Below, piece after piece: positions 61,533 through 64,000 of a DNA stretch of 64,000 nt (position 1 is the stretch's first letter; each line of letters begins with the position of its first letter). This DNA is from Roseibacillus sp. (GTDB lineage: Bacteria > Verrucomicrobiota > Verrucomicrobiia > Verrucomicrobiales > Akkermansiaceae), in assembly GCA_051251855.1 (NCBI GenBank), contig JBPOGI010000005.1, forward strand, positions 294,742-358,741. Direction: 5' to 3'. The notes under the pieces are model-generated. The model searched no databases and was not told the DNA's origin. It saw nothing but the letters and a program-made list of their open reading frames with translations. The position numbers were made by a program, and so were the translations under genes.

Positions 61533-64000
61533 GCAACGCAAGACAACCCGCAAGTCAGTCGGGACAGGAGCCTTCTCGAATCCAAACGGTTCTGACCAAG
61601 ATGAGGCGACACTATTTGTGGGCGGGTCAACTTCGAGCCATTGTTACGGTTTTGATCTTAGCTGTTTTAGTCGCGTTGTTGGATGCTCTGCTTGGGTTAA
61701 GTAGTGGTGTCAGATGGCTTGCTTGGTTGGGTATCGCTCTTGCTGCAGCGTTGGTTATTTTTCGTTGGTGGAGACGCGGGAGAGCAGTTCAGGCCTCGGA
61801 TGTAGTTGCCGCGGTGGAGGAGTCTTCTCCTTCGGTGGGACAGTTGCCCCGAACAGCCCGTGATTTGCAGCTCAAGAAGTTGAGTCCTGACAGTGGCGTT
61901 TCTCCTGAGATGGCTGCGGATGTGATGAAGCGAGCGGGACGTTTTTGGGCTGGGGTGAAGCCAGAGGCGGCAGTGGATGTTTCGGTGACTCGTCGATGGC
62001 CGCTATTTGCGGGGTTGGCTGCTCTTGTGTTTGCCGCTTTGTTTGTGTCTTGGGGTGATTTTCGCACGGCGACGGCGCGACTGGTATGGCCTTCTTCTCA
62101 AAGGTCTTTTACTCGAATCGTGGATCAGACCGACAGGGATTCGTATCGGACAGAGCAGCCCTTTCGATTTCAGGTCGAAACTCGCGGGCGTGAGCCTGAG
62201 TTGGTCAGCATTTCTATCGTTACCGATTCTGGGGAGGAAAGTGAACAACGGTTGATTAAGAGTGAGGATGGGCGCTACGAGCTGTCTTGGACAACTCCGC
62301 CGGGAGGGTTTCGTTATCGTATTGAAGCTGGTGACGGCCAGTCGGAGAGTAAGTATGTGGAGTGCCTTGATGCGGCTCGTTTAGTCGAAAGTGAAGGGGT
62401 AGTTGTTCCTCCTGCATATGTGGGAGCGGAGGCTGAGGAGTTCGAAAGCGGCGATGTGGAAGGTTTGGAGGGTTCCTCGGTTGAGTTGGCGTTTGAGATG
62501 ACGGCTCCGATGGAGAGCGCGCGACTTACTTTTGATGATGGCGAAGTTGTAGAAGCTCTTTGCGAGGGAAATCGCGTGATCGTGCAGACCGAAATTGTGG
62601 CCGGAAAGCGAGTCTATGATTTGGTCGGTCTTGACCGGAAGGGGCATGAGTTGGAGCCAGTGAAGTTCTTGATGGATGGTAGGGCTGACAAGATGCCTGT
62701 GATTGAGATTGTGGAGCCCAAGAAAGAAGTGGCTTCCACTCCGGTGGGAGAGGTTCCCGTAAGAATCAGGGCTCGTGATGATGTCGGTTTGGGTGAGGTT
62801 GGTATTATCTTGGAAGCGCAGGGAGAGCAGCGAGAGCTTCTCAATTTGCCCATTTCGGAGGACGGCTCGATTGAAGTGAAGGAGTTGGCTCTGGCTGCAT
62901 TGGAGGAGTATTCGTTGAGCATTAATGATAATGTCCGTCTCTTTGCCTATGCGAAGGATAAGAAGCCAAGAGGCGAGGCTCGAGCTGTCAGTGAGATGCG
63001 GGCCATCGATATTCAACAATTTCAGACGCGATGGTATGCAAGCGATGGCCCTCCATGAGACTGCGTCGATTTATTGGATCAGTTGATCCAAATGGAACGT
63101 CGGATTGTTTCTCAGTCTTTTCAGGAGCGTGAGTTGTCTGTGAACAAGGAGCCCGAGTTGGCGGTGACGGTGAAGCTTGCCGAAAATCAGTCGGCAAACA
63201 TTGATACTGCTTTCGAGCTGAGGGAGAGTGCGGTGGCCAAGTTTACGGCGGATGATTTGGCATTGTTGGACATCAGTATCGAACAGATGAACGAGGCCAA
63301 CGGGGCTTTCGAGATGCCTGAGATTTCGGCGGGGTACTTGAACGCCGATGGCGCTCTGACGACTTTGTTAGAGCTTCGAAAGAAGGTGGAGAAGTATCTG
63401 AGTAAATCGAAAAAGCCTTCGCGGAAGGCGGGCGAAAGTGAGAAGCCCAAGGATATGAACGAGTTGGCTCGTGAGGCGGAGCGCTTAGCTGACGAGCAAG
63501 AGTCGTTAAGCGATGTCGTGGCCTCGGAATTGTTGGGCTCGGCTGAGAAGAGGCAGCAGGAAGTAGCGGTTGCCGATGCGGGGGAACTTTATAGTAAGTT
63601 AATGAACCATCCCGAAAAGACTGATGGCCTTGTGAGCCGGATGGGAAGCGCTGAGGACTTGATGATTGCTGCCGAACGGGCCATGCGCAAAGAATTGCTG
63701 GAGCCTAGTGAGGAAAGCCTCAACGAGTCTGAGACGGAGCTGCGTGAAGTGGCTAAGATGCTGAGAGCGTTGAATGAGGATAATCTCGAAGAGACCTTGG
63801 AGGAAATGGCCGAAGAAGCTGAGAAGGCTGCAGAAGCAGCCGGTGAGAAAGGGGAAGCTGAAGACGCTGAGGAAGAGGGCAAGGGTGAAAAGGGTGAGGA
63901 AGGCCAAGACGGACAAGGAGAGGAAGGCGAGGGTCAAGGCGAGGGTCAAGGCGAGGGTCAAGGCGAGGGTCAAGGCGAGGGTCAAGGCGAGGGTCAAGGC
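61529..64000 (+). CDS. Large DUF4175-like membrane protein with in-frame TGA at 63056-63058 (candidate Sec); 3' partial
   Basis: Three TMs, PPAY, DKMP.I.I..P, ARDDVGL, AYAKD; frame stays open 314 codons past the TGA (helical region, then GEGQ repeats). Confidence 0.8.
63074..63091 (+). promoter_or_regulatory. Bacterial SECIS-like hairpin (DUF4175-like gene)
   Basis: TTGGATC-AGTT-GATCCAA perfect stem; 22 nt lie between the TGA and the loop. Confidence 0.6.
63926..64000 (+). repeat. 12-bp coding tandem repeat GGCGAGGGTCAA (GEGQ)n
   Basis: Six perfect copies plus a partial one, truncated by the window end. Confidence 0.95.

Noticed and set aside
63055..63132. ATGA overlap suggesting a translationally coupled new gene at 63055
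   Set aside because: That frame closes after 25 codons; the long open frame is the upstream gene's own frame.

Overview
Chromosomal window from a Verrucomicrobiota bacterium, probably Verrucomicrobiaceae/Akkermansiaceae-like. This is inferred from PEP-CTERM genes, an Amuc_1098-1102-type pilus/secretin cluster, a PVC-type heme-binding protein and a Tro/Ytg-type permease with a repressor-like tail. Ordinary content includes a Mn/Fe ABC importer, LMW-PTP, Lhr-like and DinG helicases, aroD, RNase D, gyrB-gyrA, a GT4, a furin-like S8 protease and a double-GH13 amylase. The strongest signal is two in-frame TGA codons, each followed 22-23 nt later by a 7-bp hairpin with an R-G-U-Y tetraloop that resembles a bacterial SECIS. 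One TGA sits exactly at catalytic Cys12 of an ArsC-family protein. The other is in a 'PP-U-D-C' motif inside a large DUF4175-like membrane protein of a MoxR/DUF58/cytochrome c/BatA-vWA operon, making it a candidate undescribed selenoprotein. Other findings are a CoaE-Rho fusion, a hidden 431-codon TolC-like lipoprotein gene with no ATG/GTG/TTG start, a decayed attC-like cassette array of five small ORFs, and two frameshifted PEP-CTERM genes. All family assignments come from reading motifs by eye; no database searches were run.
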